64,000 nucleotides of DNA from Eledone cirrhosa (GCA_964016885.1 OZ024743.1:222518001-222582000); one strand, 5' to 3'; shown: positions 1 through 13,012, counted from the stretch's first letter. Numbers and translations: made by a program. The notes: generated by a model not told the origin, from the letters alone.

Positions 1-89
1 AGAGGGAGAGAGAGAAGGGGGAGGGAGAGAGAGACATCTAATATGAATTTCTAAGAAAAGTACATGGCCAAACATTTTGGTAAAGGGAA

Positions 90-545
90 GAATTTGATTA
101 AATTGAACCCAGTTTGAATGGTATTAAATTGAACCCAGTAATTTGATTGGTTAAATTGAACCCAGTAATTTGATTAGTTAAATTGAACCCAGTAATTTGA
201 TTGGTATTAAATTGCACCCAGTAATTTGATTAGTTAAATTGAACCCAGTAATTTGATTGGTATTAAATTGCACCCAGTAATTTGATTAGTTAAATTGAAC
301 CCAGTAATTTGATTAGTTAAATTGAACCCAGTAATTTGATTAGTTAAATTGAACCCAGTAATTTGATTAGTTAAATTGAACCCAGTAATTTGATGGGTTA
401 AATTGAACCCAGTAATTTGATGGGTTAAATTGAACCCAATTATTTGACTGGTTAAATTGAACCCAGTTATTTGATTGGTCATATTGAACCCAGTAATTTG
501 ATTGGTTGAATTGAATTGAACACAGTTATTTGATTGGTATTTGTA
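90..545. repeat. 27-bp minisatellite (ttaaattgaacccagtaatttgattag)n, ~16 copies
   Basis: Visible tandem units; explains the repetitive ORF 234..482. Confidence 0.95.
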
Positions 546-1093
546 TTAAACTTCATAACATCCATGAACAGGGTTGGTTTCACTTGTGGATCCAGCTGGA
601 TCAATTGGAAGATGCTTGTTTCTGATAGAGGACTCTCTGGATAGCGTTTGTGAGAACTCTGCTCAACACCCCACCCACCAAAGAAAAAAGCAATGATGAT
701 GACGATGATGATAATGACTTGGAAGGATGATAAAGTCAACCTTGGCATGAGAAAAATGAAATTTTCAGCTCACATCTATATTGGTTTAGCTGGCCTGTTA
801 CTAAGCAGGATCTCATATGAGTTTTCTCGAGTATTTTAATGATAAGGGACCCACCCAGTCCTATCACACACCTACGTATGTTGTTGCTACAGCTCACACC
901 TATATAGGTTTAGCTGACCTCTTTTGAAGTGTCTTGCTCAAGAACACAAAACACCATCCAGTCCTCAGGATTGTGAGTCCAAAAAACCTTAACCACTAAG
1001 CCATCCACCTTTACTTTTGGTATCAGCATAATTAAGGGACACTACATGTTAAAACAGTCTGGCACTGTTATTTCTGCACAATATTCTTCATTA

Positions 1094-1628
1094 GAGAGAA
1101 CAATAGACAGACTAGAGAGAGGAGGGGACAAAAGAGGAGATAGAGAGGGGGAGTGAAATGGGAGAAAAAGAGGGGGCTGAAAGAAGAGATAGAGAAAGAG
1201 AGAAAAATGAAAGAAAGAAAGCAGTAGAAGCAGATTGGGATGGGAAGAAAGTAGAGAGAGATGAAGAGAGAGAGAGAGGGAATATGTGAAGAGAGATGGG
1301 AAGAGAAGTAGAGAGATATGAATAGAAAAATGTGGAGAGAGGGAGGGGGGAAGAATATAACTGAGGTTGGGAAGAGAAGTAGAGAAATATAAATAGAAAG
1401 ATAGGGGGTTCAGAAGAGAGAGAGACAGACGGACAGACAGAGAGAGAGAGTGAGTGAGAGAGAGGAAAGTGAGTGAGGAGAGAGAGAGTATAAACAGAGG
1501 TGAATAGAGGAAGGAGGGTTGAAGAGATAGAAAGTGAGAGAAATAGAGAAGCATTAAAAGGGAGAAGAAATGCTGTAAAGAGAAGAGTAAGAAAAGATGG
1601 ATTGAGTGAAAAATGGAAGGAAGGAAAC
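1094..1628. repeat. GA-rich low-complexity tract
   Basis: Almost pure purine stretch. Confidence 0.9.
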
Positions 1629-2521
1629 AGTGTATCTCCTCCATTTTTGATAACTGTTGTCTTGTTTTCTGGTCAACCTACATATCAATGGCAGCTTCTT
1701 TCATGGAGGAAGAATGGAAGAATTTGTAGAGCAGAGAGGCAGAGAGGGTGATAGTGATAGCAAGAACAGCAACAGCAGTGTGGCTATGTATGTGTATGTG
1801 TTTGTATGTACGTATATGTGTGTGTATGTGTTTGTATGTACGTATATGTGTGTATGTGTATGTGTTTGTATGTACATATATGTGTGTATAAGTGTATGTA
1901 TGTGTGTGTTTATGTGTGTATATGTGTGTGTATCTATGCTGGACTTCCATAGGTTATGACGACAACTGGTGTCCCACTTGTTTGATCAACAGAACAGTCT
2001 GGTCCTTACTGTAATTCTCAGGGAGAGTCAGTGTAACCCACAGTGTGTGTGTGTGTGTGTTGTACCTCCATCATTTCCAACAAGCACTCCAGTTATTCTA
2101 CCAGCAGAACAGTGTGTTCCTAAAATTCACATGCAAGTGGCTGAGCATTCCACAAACACTTGTACCCTTAATGTAGCACAGTGTAACAAGGTTGGACCTT
2201 TGAATTACAAGTACAGTCCAGTTAGTGTTATGGTGTAAATGGCTGATTATTCCATAGATACATACTCTTACCATAGTTCTCAGAGATTCAGCATGACACT
2301 GTGACAAGACTGGTCCAGTGAATTACAGGTACAACTACTTTTTTTGACAGTTGAGTGACGCAGAATAAAATATCTTGCTCAAGGACGAAACACATCACCA
2401 GGAATTGAACTCATGACCTTAAGATAGCAAATGGATCCCCCAAACTAACTTTCAACATGGGAGCCTAAGTCAGTTGGCCTGCTAGGAATAGCAACAAAAT
2501 TTTCAAATCATACATATCCTA

Positions 2522-2736
2522 GTTAAACCAGCCATATACAGCCAGAATACTCTCACCTCTTTCTGTTCAAACTAGCCGTAACTGGCCATTCATATTGATG
2601 TTAAAGTATTGTTCTCAAAATAAATGGCATCAAAATCTCATAAATTCAATATTATGCGAGATAATTATGTAAGATAAAGCCTTTACCACAAAAATATAAT
2701 AGTAAATATAGAGTAATGTAAATGCTAAGGGGTTAA
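2522..2736 (+). mobile_element. piggyBac-type MITE family 1, left end truncated
   Basis: Matches the copy at 22078-22293; right end taaatgctaagggg-TTAA. Confidence 0.8.
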
Positions 2737-2961
2737 AACGGAAATTCACACTAAATAACATAGTTCAAAGTACACTGTTGAGAAAAATAGCTGAGATGGC
2801 TACAACTGAATCACCTTTGATTAGGGTTCTCTTTAATCAAGGCTCAGCTGAGCCGAAACCACAATATATACGATAGATAATGTATTAAATATGCTACACA
2901 TTATACAAGATATACTAAATATTATATATTATATGCTAGATATGCCTAAATAAGAAAACAT

Positions 2962-3134
2962 TATCGGTAGAGATTCGGACACCATGCTTTGACGCATTGA
3001 GTTACGGCCCTTGCCATTCTGAGTTCTAATCCCGCCAAGATTAACTTTGCCTTTCATCCTTACGGGGTCGATAAAATAAAGTACCAGTAATGTACTGGGT
3101 AATTGCTGGCCTTGTGCCTAATGTAGAAACAATT
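2962..3134 (+). mobile_element. tRNA-derived SINE family A
   Basis: B-box-like gagttctaatcc, central gcctttcatccttacggggtcgataaaataaagtaccag (resembles MetaSINE domain), 3' end tagaaacaatt; many copies in window. Confidence 0.9.
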
Positions 3135-3319
3135 ATATATGTATACTAACAGACACAAGGTAATGCTGGAGGCTCTACATAGTCTGCTAAACACTGTACC
3201 CTAATCTCTCTCAAATCACACTTAACTGTCTTAAATGAGAACACATTGGATGAGGTGGTAATGGTTGGAACATCTTGGACTATTGGTCTGCTGTATCAGA
3301 ACTGACCTGAAGCTAAACA

Positions 3320-3735
3320 CCAACAATAACAGCAACATGGTAGTAGCAATGGTAGTGGGAAGAGGAGGGAGCAAAAGTAGTAGTAGCAATGGTGGCAGGA
3401 GGAGGACAGAGTAACAGTAGTAGTAGCAATGGTGGCAGGAGGAGAACAGAGTAACAATAGTAGTAGCAATGGTAGTGGGAGGAGGAAGCAATAACAGTAA
3501 TAGTAGCAATGGTAGTGGGATGAGGAGACAGTAACAATAGTAGCAATGATAGAGGGTGGAGGGAGAAACAATGGTAGTAACAGTAGAAGTAGTGGGAGGA
3601 AGGGGAGTAACAGTAATAGTAGCAAGTAGCAATGGTAGTGGGAGGATGAAGTAGTAACAATAGTAGTGAGTAGTAACAACAACAACAACAACAACAATTG
3701 TTATGGTAATAGCAATAGTAGTTGCAGCAATTGCA
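3320..3735. repeat. Degenerate (AGT/AGC/AAC)-rich tandem low-complexity tract
   Basis: Recurrent agtagcaatggtagtgggaggagga units. Confidence 0.85.
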
Positions 3736-3899
3736 ACAGTTAATAATTTTCGTTTTATTGATTTGTTCGGGGGGGGGGGGGCATCCCCTTGGAGGAGGAG
3801 GGGCGGTGACAGGGCTTTGGATTAAGTGGGGCAGTAAACATGGCCTTATCAGAACCTCTGAGACCAGTGAAGTTGATGTCATTAACTTCTCACTTCAAA

Positions 3900-4260
3900 T
3901 GTTTACAAGCTGATGGACACAGAAAAAGCATGTGCATGGAGGGGATTCCAGAGAACCTTGGTTCTGAGGTAAAAGGCTTGAATGATGTCATCAAAAGAAG
4001 CCATGATGCAACTGGTTTCCCATGTTAACTGAAGACTGCCGGCCTCATCAGTGGTGATGGCAAGCACCCAGACAGGATAAATCTCTAATCTGGGAAGCCA
4101 TGTACTGAGACATGTTCTCTATCTCCAACATTGTCACTGATTATGTAAATATTGGAATTTGACCAACCTCTTTATTTTCGTGTGGGTCAGTGTTATGACC
4201 TCTAATGTTCTTGATCACCAAATTGGCATTTTCCTCCACAAAATTGGGAGGAGTGTATCT
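3900..4260 (+). pseudogene. Decayed non-LTR retrotransposon C-terminus with restriction-like endonuclease (CRE-like)
   Basis: Translates across stops/frameshifts to LNDVIKRS..GFPC*LKTAGLISGDGKHPD, IWEA..DMFS, FVWVSVMTSNVL..FLHKIGR, resembling DGKRPDG / WD.T / VET.G motifs. Confidence 0.6.
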
Positions 4261-4563
4261 CGCCTGTCGTCAACCTACAAACCTATCAAGATGCCAACTA
4301 GCAATTGAACAGATCTCTAATTCAAGGAAACAGACCTGGTTAAATGGTTAAGAAGTTCACTTCACAATCATGAGGTCCCAAGTTCAATCCCCATCAGTAA
4401 CATCTTGAGCAAGTGTCTTTACTACAACCTTGAGTTGACATGAACCTTATGAGTCAGATTGTGTTGAGACAGAAACTGTAGATCTTCAGCTGGGTTGTAC
4501 CTATAATTGAAGGGTCCAGTATTGTCACATTTTGTGTTATGCTAATTCAGCTTTGTTATGTCA

Positions 4564-4974
4564 TTAAGCCTTTAGCATTTTAACCAGCCGTATCTGGCCA
4601 GAATTCTCTCACCTCTTTCTATTCGAACCAGCTGTAACCGGCCACTCATACTGATGTTAAGGTATTGTTCTCAAAATAAATAATATCAAAATCTCATAGA
4701 TTTGATATTATGTGACGTAAAGCCTTTACTGTGAAAATACAATAGTATATAATATATATAGAGCAATTGTTTCTACTTTTGGCACAAGGAAAGTAATTAC
4801 CCAGTACATTACTGGTACTTTATTTTATTGATCCCGTAAGGATGAGAGGCAAAGTTAACCTCGGCGGAATTTGAACTCAGTCTCTAAAGGGACGTAACTA
4901 TGCTGGAAAGCATGGCGTCCAACTCTCAACTGATACTGCCAATTCATAGAGTAATGTAAATGCTAATTGGTTAA
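4564..4974 (+). mobile_element. piggyBac-type MITE family 1 interrupted by SINE A
   Basis: TTAA at both ends, degenerate TIRs, body matches 22078-22293. Confidence 0.85.
4765..4945 (-). mobile_element. SINE family A nested in MITE
   Basis: Family match; TSD atagag(c/t)aat. Confidence 0.9.
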
Positions 4975-5231
4975 GGGTACACGTGTCTGTGAAATACTCA
5001 ACCACTTACATGTTGAGGAGGTGGACATTCAGGTAATCTAATAACTGAATACTTGTCAAAAGCAACAGAGAATCCATCCATTATAACTGATGGCATTGAA
5101 TATATTCTCATGTTTCACTCACTGGACCATAGCCATGCTACAATACTGCCTTAATGGATTTGGTCAATTATAACTAATATATTCACACTGGTGTAAACAC
5201 ATATATACATACATACATATATATATATATG

Positions 5232-5262
<31 letters not shown>

Positions 5263-5275
5263 GTACATACATACA

Positions 5276-5421
5276 TGATGGCTGCAACTCGATTTCGAGT
5301 AATGCCATCGCTTGATACTTAAGCATGAGCATCACGGATGTGGCTTTATAGTCCTGCTAGGAACTTGCCTATAGCCAGCAATACTATGCATTGCAAAAAA
5401 TCTCATATATCAAGCAATGGC
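5276..5421. other. Structured cassette next to a TA microsatellite
   Basis: Hairpin gatggc..ctcga tt tcgag..gccatc and inverted repeat gccatcgcttgata / tatcaagcaatggc. Confidence 0.5.
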
Positions 5422-6074
5422 TGTGCTTGAAGCTTTTTTAAGTGGGGAAAGGCTTTGCAGAGTCAATCCCATTCTCGTGAACATCGAATGCATTTACCCA
5501 AAAAGAAGAACTGGTCTACATCATTGGATGCAAATGAAGTCGAAGGTTTTATATCAGAGTAACTTTTTCCTAAAGATATGTCTTAATAAAGACTAGGAGT
5601 CTCTCACTCCACATAAAAAATACTTCATTAGATGGCCATTCACTATCCTGAGTTCCTCCGCCTTTTGACAGTGGTGATGGTGATGATGGTCGGGTTTTGT
5701 TGGTTATGGTGGTCGTTTTGATGATGGTGGTTTTGATGGTGATAGTGGTGGTAGTGGTGGTGGCGATGAGGATGGTTGAGGTCGTGGTTTTGGTGATGAT
5801 GATGGTGGTGGTGGTGGTGGTGGTGGTGGTGGTGGCTGTGACGATGATGATATGCTAAGACAACAGATGTATTTCGCAATCCAGTGAAATAAGACATCAC
5901 TCACTAGGTCATTGACACCTAACAATATATATCATCAAAAAGTAGATCTCATCAATACACAGCAATAATGGATATGACACTGGGGGGAGGGTGCATTGTC
6001 TCAATAGCAGCTAGTTTAGACAACTCTATGCTGCAATTGTATGTATGTATGTATATATATATATATATATATAT

Positions 6075-7552
6075 TCAAGCATGTTTTGCAACGTGAGGAC
6101 CAGAAACAGGAGGTGTTTAAGATTGCGAGGCAGTGTGTCAGAGAGAATTGTGATGTCATTAGAGAGAAGTGTATCCGGAATGATAAAGGTGAGCTTGCCC
6201 TCACAATTGCTGAGAAGAAAGATGCATGGAAGAGCCATTATGATAGATTACTAAATGAGGAGAATGCATGGGAAGAAAAGACCCTACCCCAAGTAGACCC
6301 TATAGAGGGGCCAGCAGTACAAGTCAGCAGCAGCGTAGTAAGTAATGCAATCAAAGATATGAAGATGGGGAAGGCAACCGGTCCATCTTCCATATATGGC
6401 AATAACGGAGGAGTTTAAGACCGGATGCCTATGGGAACTCCTGTATGCTGATGACCTTGCACTTATAGCTGAATCTATGGTAGAACTAGAGAAGAAATTC
6501 CAAACTTGGAAGCAGGGACTAGAAAGAAAGGGTCTCAAAGTCAACATGACAAAGACTCGGGTCCTTGTAAGTAGATGAGAAAACAGAACCCAGATCCCCT
6601 CAGGGAAATGGCCTTGCTCAGTATGTAAGAAAGGTGTAGGGAGGAACTTCATTCTCTGCCCCAAATGCAAACAATGGGTACACAAGAGATGTAGTGGGAT
6701 CTCAGGAAGCTTAATTAAGAATGTAGGCTTCACATGCAGCAGCTGTGCTGGGACAGCAAGCAGCAAACAGCCACAGGAAACAAGTACCACCAATCTCTGG
6801 GAGGGCTCTGTAGAAACAGTAGACAGCTTCTGCTACCTAGGTGATCGAATTAGCAGCGGAGGTGGGTGTTCAGAAAGTACAATAACTAGGGTAAGAACGG
6901 GATGGAAGAAGTTCAGGGAACTACTGCCACTGCTAGCTGCAAAAGGCTTCTCCTTCAAAATGAAAGGCAGACTGTATGATGCGTGTATCCGAACAGCAAT
7001 GTTACATGGTAGTGAGACCTGGGCGTTGAAGGTGGAAGACTTACGTAGATTAGAAAGAAACGAAGCCTGCATGCTCCGATGAATGTGTAATAGGAATATA
7101 CGTGAACGACAAAGCATAAATGAATTGAGAGAGAGCCTGAGCATAAGAGGAATCAAATGCTGTGTGCAGGAGAGGCAGTCGCGTTGGTATGGACATGTTA
7201 TGCATATGAAGGATGACAGCTGCATAAAAAGGTGCAGAGCACTAGAAGTCGATAGAAACCGCGGAGTGGGGAGACCCAAGAAGACCTCTCAAAGGCGATG
7301 ACACACGACCGTGACCTCTGGCGTCACGCAGTAATACAGAGTACCCGACCTCCCATGGGTACAAGCTGAAGCATATAGACAATATGCCCCCACAACCTCC
7401 CACTACAAGGTGGTCGTGGAGGTGCCACGGCAAAAAAGCACCCAGCCCACACTGCAGAGTGGACGTGTAGGCGCCACGGAAAAAGCAACAGGACAACCCA
7501 TCTAACCCATGCTAGCATGGAAGAACGGACGTAAAACGATGATGATGATGAT
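6075..7552 (+). mobile_element. RTE-clade LINE, 5'-truncated, RT core internally deleted, with 3' UTR and (gat)n tail
   Basis: GKATGPS, ELLYADDL, GLKVNMTKT, PHD-like Cys motif, SFCYLGD, LHGSETW, RWYGHV, GRPKKT; in-frame stops. Confidence 0.92.
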
Positions 7553-7612
7553 TATATATATATATTATATATATATACATATATTATATATATATATATA
7601 CATATATTATAT

Positions 7613-7737
7613 ATCACCTTGATCACCTTGACCGACCAGTCTGTCGGACGGCAACCAGCGCCGCTGGTCACAGCACGTCGTGCTGTTTTAGCCATAAGAT
7701 GGTGCCATCCCGCTGGCTGGGCGGGCGGGCCGATGTT
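7613..7737 (-). other. GC-rich multi-hairpin cassette in (TA)n, probable retroposon 3' segment
   Basis: Five consecutive stem-loops; terminal (atcaccttg)2 repeat. Confidence 0.55.
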
Positions 7738-7988
7738 ATATATATAATATATATAATATATATATTATATTATATATATGTTATATATATTATATATATA
7801 ACATAATATATATATATATATAATATATATATAATATATATAACATATATATATATAATATATATATAATATATATATAATATATATAACATATATATAT
7901 ACATAATATATATATAATATATATAACATATATATATAACATATATATATATAATATATATATAATATATATAACATATATATATAAT
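7738..7988. repeat. Degenerate (TA)n microsatellite
   Basis: Direct. Confidence 0.95.
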
Positions 7989-8400
7989 ATCATCATCATC
8001 ATCAGGTTTAGCGTCCGTGTTCCACGCTTGCATGGGTTTGGACGGGGGTTTTCCCACTTGAGGCAAGAATGATTGTCTTGCTCGCATAGGACTGTCTGGT
8101 GGGTTTTCTACAGTTGGATGCCCTTCCTAACACCAACCACATTTACAGTGTGGGGCTGGGAGGTTTTTACCGTGTTGCCTACACGGCCACATTACAGCGT
8201 GGACTGTCTGGCGGGTTTTCTACAGTTGGATGCCCTTCCTAACACCAACCACATTTACAGTGTGGGACTGGGAGGTTTTTACCGTGTTGCCTACACGGCC
8301 ACATTTACAGCGTGGACTGTGTGTTTTTTTTGTCGTGACACCTACACGATCTCATTTGTTTCGGCCTGGATGTTGTGGGACCAACATAACTTTACATCGA
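7989..8400 (-). mobile_element. SINE family B (Nin-like domain, RTE-type tail) with internal tandem duplication
   Basis: ggatgcccttcctaacaccaacc motif twice; (cat)n tail with cgtccgtgttccacgcttgcatggg shared with the RTE 3' end. Confidence 0.8.
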
Positions 8401-8477
8401 AAGGGGCGGTGTGGATGGGGTGGAGGTGGTGGGACGGGGGGGTGTTTATAACATATATATATATATATAATATATAT

Positions 8478-8785
8478 ATTGTTTCTACATTTGGCACAAG
8501 GCCAGCAATTACTCAGTACATTACTGGTACTTTATTTTATCGACCCCGTAAGGATGAAAGGCAAAGTTAACCTCGGCGGGATTTGAACTCAGACTGTAAA
8601 GGGACGTAACTATGCTAGAAAGCATGGCGTCCAACCCTCTACCGATACTACCAATTCACCGCCCTTGTAATTGTTTCTACTTTAGGCACAAGGCCAGCAA
8701 TTACCCAGTGCATTACTGGTACTTTATTTTATCGACCCCGTAAGGATGAAAGGCAAAGTCAACCTCGGCGGGATTTGAACTCAGG
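8478..8785 (-). mobile_element. Tandem SINE A copies (full 8478-8664, truncated 8668-8785)
   Basis: Family match. Confidence 0.9.
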
Positions 8786-9392
8786 CTTGGTAACTTGTTG
8801 GAACTATAGGCTTGGTAACTTGTTGGAATAAGACGTGGTTTTTCGTATCTCCAGATTTGAAATTTTAATATTTTAAATCGACAGTAAATCGGATTTATGT
8901 ATGGCTTTAATTTTTCAGAGGACAAGGAAAACATACAAAAAAGATAAGTTTTTGTGCTTTGACGCAATTATTTTGAAGTATATTTTACATATATTACCGT
9001 TTTAAACATGTTTATTTTCACTGTGTGATACCTTCATAGGAGACAACACACTGTTTTGGACACAGTCTTTTATTGGAAGAGAGAAGATAGAAGAAAAAGA
9101 GAAGACCGGAAAAAAAAGAGATGAGAATGTAGATGGTGTTGTTTGTCAGCACATATTCACTCAGTCTAAAGTTACCCACAAAACCTGGTGCTTGCATGAT
9201 GACATCCCTCAGCAAACATGATGTAACCCCCCCTCCCCTTAACTGACTCTCATCTTACACCCCAATTCCCAGTGTCTGTGGACACAACAAGCATCTTAGT
9301 GTTATGAGTTGTGTAATGTAAAATGACATCGTTGGTGCCACAATAAAATGTTCCAAGTACATACTGTAAAATGATTGGTGTTAGGAAGAATG

Positions 9393-9456
<64 letters not shown>

Positions 9457-10404
9457 GAAGGTCACAGGAATGAGTAGTTTTAATGGTTGCTATGACTCCA
9501 AGTTGCACCATAATAATATATGGAGTCTTGGACATCTAAAACTGGCAGAAGCCATCCCTTGCCAACTCTGAATACAGATGATTTCTTCCAATGAAAGAGA
9601 GCAAGAGAGGGGGGGGGGGGTAAGAGGGACAGAGCGAGAGGAAGTGAGAAAGAGAATAAGGGGACAGAGAGAGAGGAAGTGAGAAAGAGATATAGAGCAA
9701 GAGAGATAGAGAGAGGAAGTGAGAAAGAAATATAGAACAAGAGAGAGAGAGAGAGAGGAAGTGAGAACGAGATATAAAGAAAGAATTGACCCTAAAACTG
9801 GTCTGGTACTATATATATTGATCTCGAGATGGTGAAAGAAAGTTAACTTAATAGGATTTGAATTCACAACTGCAGAGCTGCTGTAACAAACACTGCAAAG
9901 CATTCTAGCTAATGTTCTAATGGCTCTTTCAATTTGCTGTCTTGGTAGCTTAGTAATGAAATAATTAATAATTTTAGTAAATTCCTTGAAATTCTTCATT
10001 AATTAATTAATTGAAATATAATGTATTTCATTAGAAATCCACTCATGAAAGGGTTAAAACGTTTGTTGTGTTGTTTCAGTCCTGATACTCTCCATTTCAT
10101 CTACAACTATCAACCACACACAATTACCAACCACAGTCTCTTAGTCACAATATAACCAAAGCTACTTTACAAACATGTGTGTTACATGTGTGTACATGAA
10201 CGGTGGTGGGCTGTATATGTATGTATTCATGTAATATACAGAAACACAAGCTGTGACAGGGATCAGGAGGTGTTGTGTTAGTTAAAATATTCATTAATAA
10301 TAATATTTTATTATTATGAAACAATAATAAAGAAACTGTAAATATAACACCAAAGGTTATGATTCCATGTTACATATACAACAAATAAGCATGTATATAT
10401 ATAT

Positions 10405-10985
10405 ATCATCATTATCATTATCTTCGTTTAACGTCCATCTTCCACGCTAGCATGGATTAGACGGGAGTTGTCCCACTTGAGGCAAGGTTGGTCGGGTGAC
10501 CGTGTCTCGCTCATATAGAACTACCTGGCAGGTTTTCTACGGCTGGATGCCCTTCCTAACACCAACCACATTTACAGTGTGGAACTGGGAACTTTTTACC
10601 GTGTTACCTACACGACCACATTAAGCGTGGACTGTGTTTTTTTGTTGTGACACCTACACGATCTCGATCTCATTATCTCATTTATTTGAACTGGATCTTG
10701 TGGTACCAACTTTACAGAGAGAGGGTGTGTTGATGGGAGTAGGAGGATGGAGTCGGAGTAGTGGGTTGGGGTGTATATTTGGTTAAGAGGTGCCTACTGA
10801 CTGTAGGTTTCGCTAAGGCGGGTCTTCTGTATTACTGCGTAGCGCCAAAGATCTCGGTCCAGTGACATTGTCTTAGAGAGGTGCAAGTGTGTAAGGTCGG
10901 AATTTATCAGATCGTCCCAGGTTATTCTGGGTCTACCTACTCTGTAACTACCATCAATTTTGATCACCCTGCACTTTTTTATACA
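10405..10985 (-). mobile_element. SINE B / RTE 3' end fragment
   Basis: Tail and Nin-like motif, then reverse RTE C-terminal coding remnant (GRPRITWDD) near 10900-10940. Confidence 0.7.
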
Positions 10986-11010
10986 GCTGTCATCTTATAT
11001 ATATATATTA

Positions 11011-11068
11011 TAAAGAGTCGGGACCCCGACAGCTGAGCTCTTGCTGCTTTAACAGCCAGTTCCAGACG
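11011..11068. mobile_element. Single arm of the hairpin family at 42138 and 63433
   Basis: aaagagtcgggaccccgacagctgagctc between TA tracts. Confidence 0.65.
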
Positions 11069-11242
11069 ATATATATATATACACACACACACATATATAT
11101 CATCACTGTTTAGCATCCAATTTTCCACGATAGCTTGGGTTCGACGAGTTGTCCTGTTGTGAGATAAGCCAGATCAGATGACAGTGTCTTGCTCAAACAG
11201 AACTGATTTGGTTTCTATGGCTGGATGTCCTTCCTAATGCCA

Positions 11243-11298
<56 letters not shown>

Positions 11299-12405
11299 GT
11301 ATTAGAGAGAGAGAGAGGAGGGTCAGATAGATGGAAAGCTAGATAGATAGATCAACAGTATGATTCTATTTCAACTGGCACTGTTGGGACTATACAGTTT
11401 ATTTATACCTACTCTGTACCTATAACGGTATGTGGCATACTGGTTAGGGTGCTGAGATCATTAGTTCTAACAGCTGGAAATACTGCCTTTGATTTTGAAA
11501 TATTTTTTTAAATAATCAAAAATTTGGAAGAATTTAGTAAAATAACTCTCATTTTCAAGTGGGTTTTGGAGCAAAACATACCAAAGGTTCTTACATAAAA
11601 TCATAATGGATGGTTTTTAGAATAATATAAACACATTCAAGTAAACAGTTTCAAGTGGTTTCGATCAAAGGGTTTAAAGCTGGTCTTTAAAAAACTATCA
11701 AGATTAGAAGTGCAATATATTGTCAAAAATTCAACAGAAACATTTAATGGTTTTATAGCTAGCTGTCTAGTTTTAACCTTCTTTTCAATTTTTATTTCTT
11801 TTGCCCCCTCTATCCCTCGTTTTTGTTTCTTATAAGGGTTATTAGATGCGTTTCCCAGTCTGTTGTGGCTTACCAGCTTTATACAGATGTTTAAATTGAT
11901 TAAATAAATAAATACAAAACACAAAGACCAACCAACAAAACAATGATGTAACTAACATTATACATATTGTAAGCAAGTATAGGCACAGACATGGCCGTGT
12001 GGTTAAGGAAATCACTTCATAACCATTTCGTTTCAAGTTAAATCCCACTGTTTTGGCAACTTAGACAAATGTCTTCTAATATAGCATTGGGTGTGAATGT
12101 GTGTGTCAGCATTATTAACCCTTTCATCTGAAAACTGCCACCCTACTCTTACCCAAATATGTCATCCACCTTGTGGCCCTGGCCGACAGGATGGAGAAGA
12201 CATTGCTCTGGAAGATGGTGAGAAAGAGAAGGGCACCGGAAGAGTCACTTCCCCTTTTGGGGTTTGCACCTGCGGACAGCCAACTCTATTCCAATAACAG
12301 TGAGCAGGGATGTGGTCGGCGGGGGAGGGGGGGGGGGTCCACTGCCACAGGCTAGTCAATGCCTTGTCATTGAAATTTGATAGATGGAAACTGTAAAACA
12401 CCATC

Positions 12406-12440
<35 letters not shown>

Positions 12441-13012
12441 TTTGTGTCTGTGTTTATGTCCAGCAACTTAGCAGATGGACAAAAAGAATTAAATAAAATA
12501 AGAACTAAACCTGAAAAAATAAGGTTTGATGTGGATATCATCAAGTACATGCCAGTAAGGTTGTGGTGCCCCAGCTTGGTCACAGTCTAATGACTGAAAC
12601 AAATAAAATACTAACAAAACATGACACCACTAAAAATATGAGAGAAACACTAAAACAACAAACAAAATAAATTTATACTGATGGTGTGTACATTGTACAG
12701 AAACAGCATTGTACATCCCCAGAAGACAATGTAGTGCACACACACTCACATCTTAGGAACACAGAGATGTAATAGAGACTCACACAATACTGTTGAAAAG
12801 ATGGCGGGTAATGGCAGCAGTAGTGGTGGTGGTGGTGGTGGTGGTAATAAGAAGAATTAGAAGGAAGGAAAGAAAGAAGCAAAGAAAAAAAAGTCATATT
12901 CAAATTTAAATATCATTTGCAAGAGAGAAACAAGTTGGATACTTCTAGACTGTCTGAGGCACCAAAGGCATGTATTAATGTTAGTACAGCTGAGTAATTA
13001 AATCAATTTTAG

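Noticed and set aside
90-545. CRISPR or repeat protein (ORF 234..482)
   Set aside because: Head-to-tail 27-bp units with no spacers.
12097-12355. Short GC-richer ORFs
   Set aside because: No recognisable protein motif; partly similar to 37150-37220, so probably a repeat fragment.
12750-12810. Minus-strand microexon (ttttcaacag TATTGT gtgagt)
   Set aside because: Splice-like signals only, with no homology or neighbouring exons to support it.
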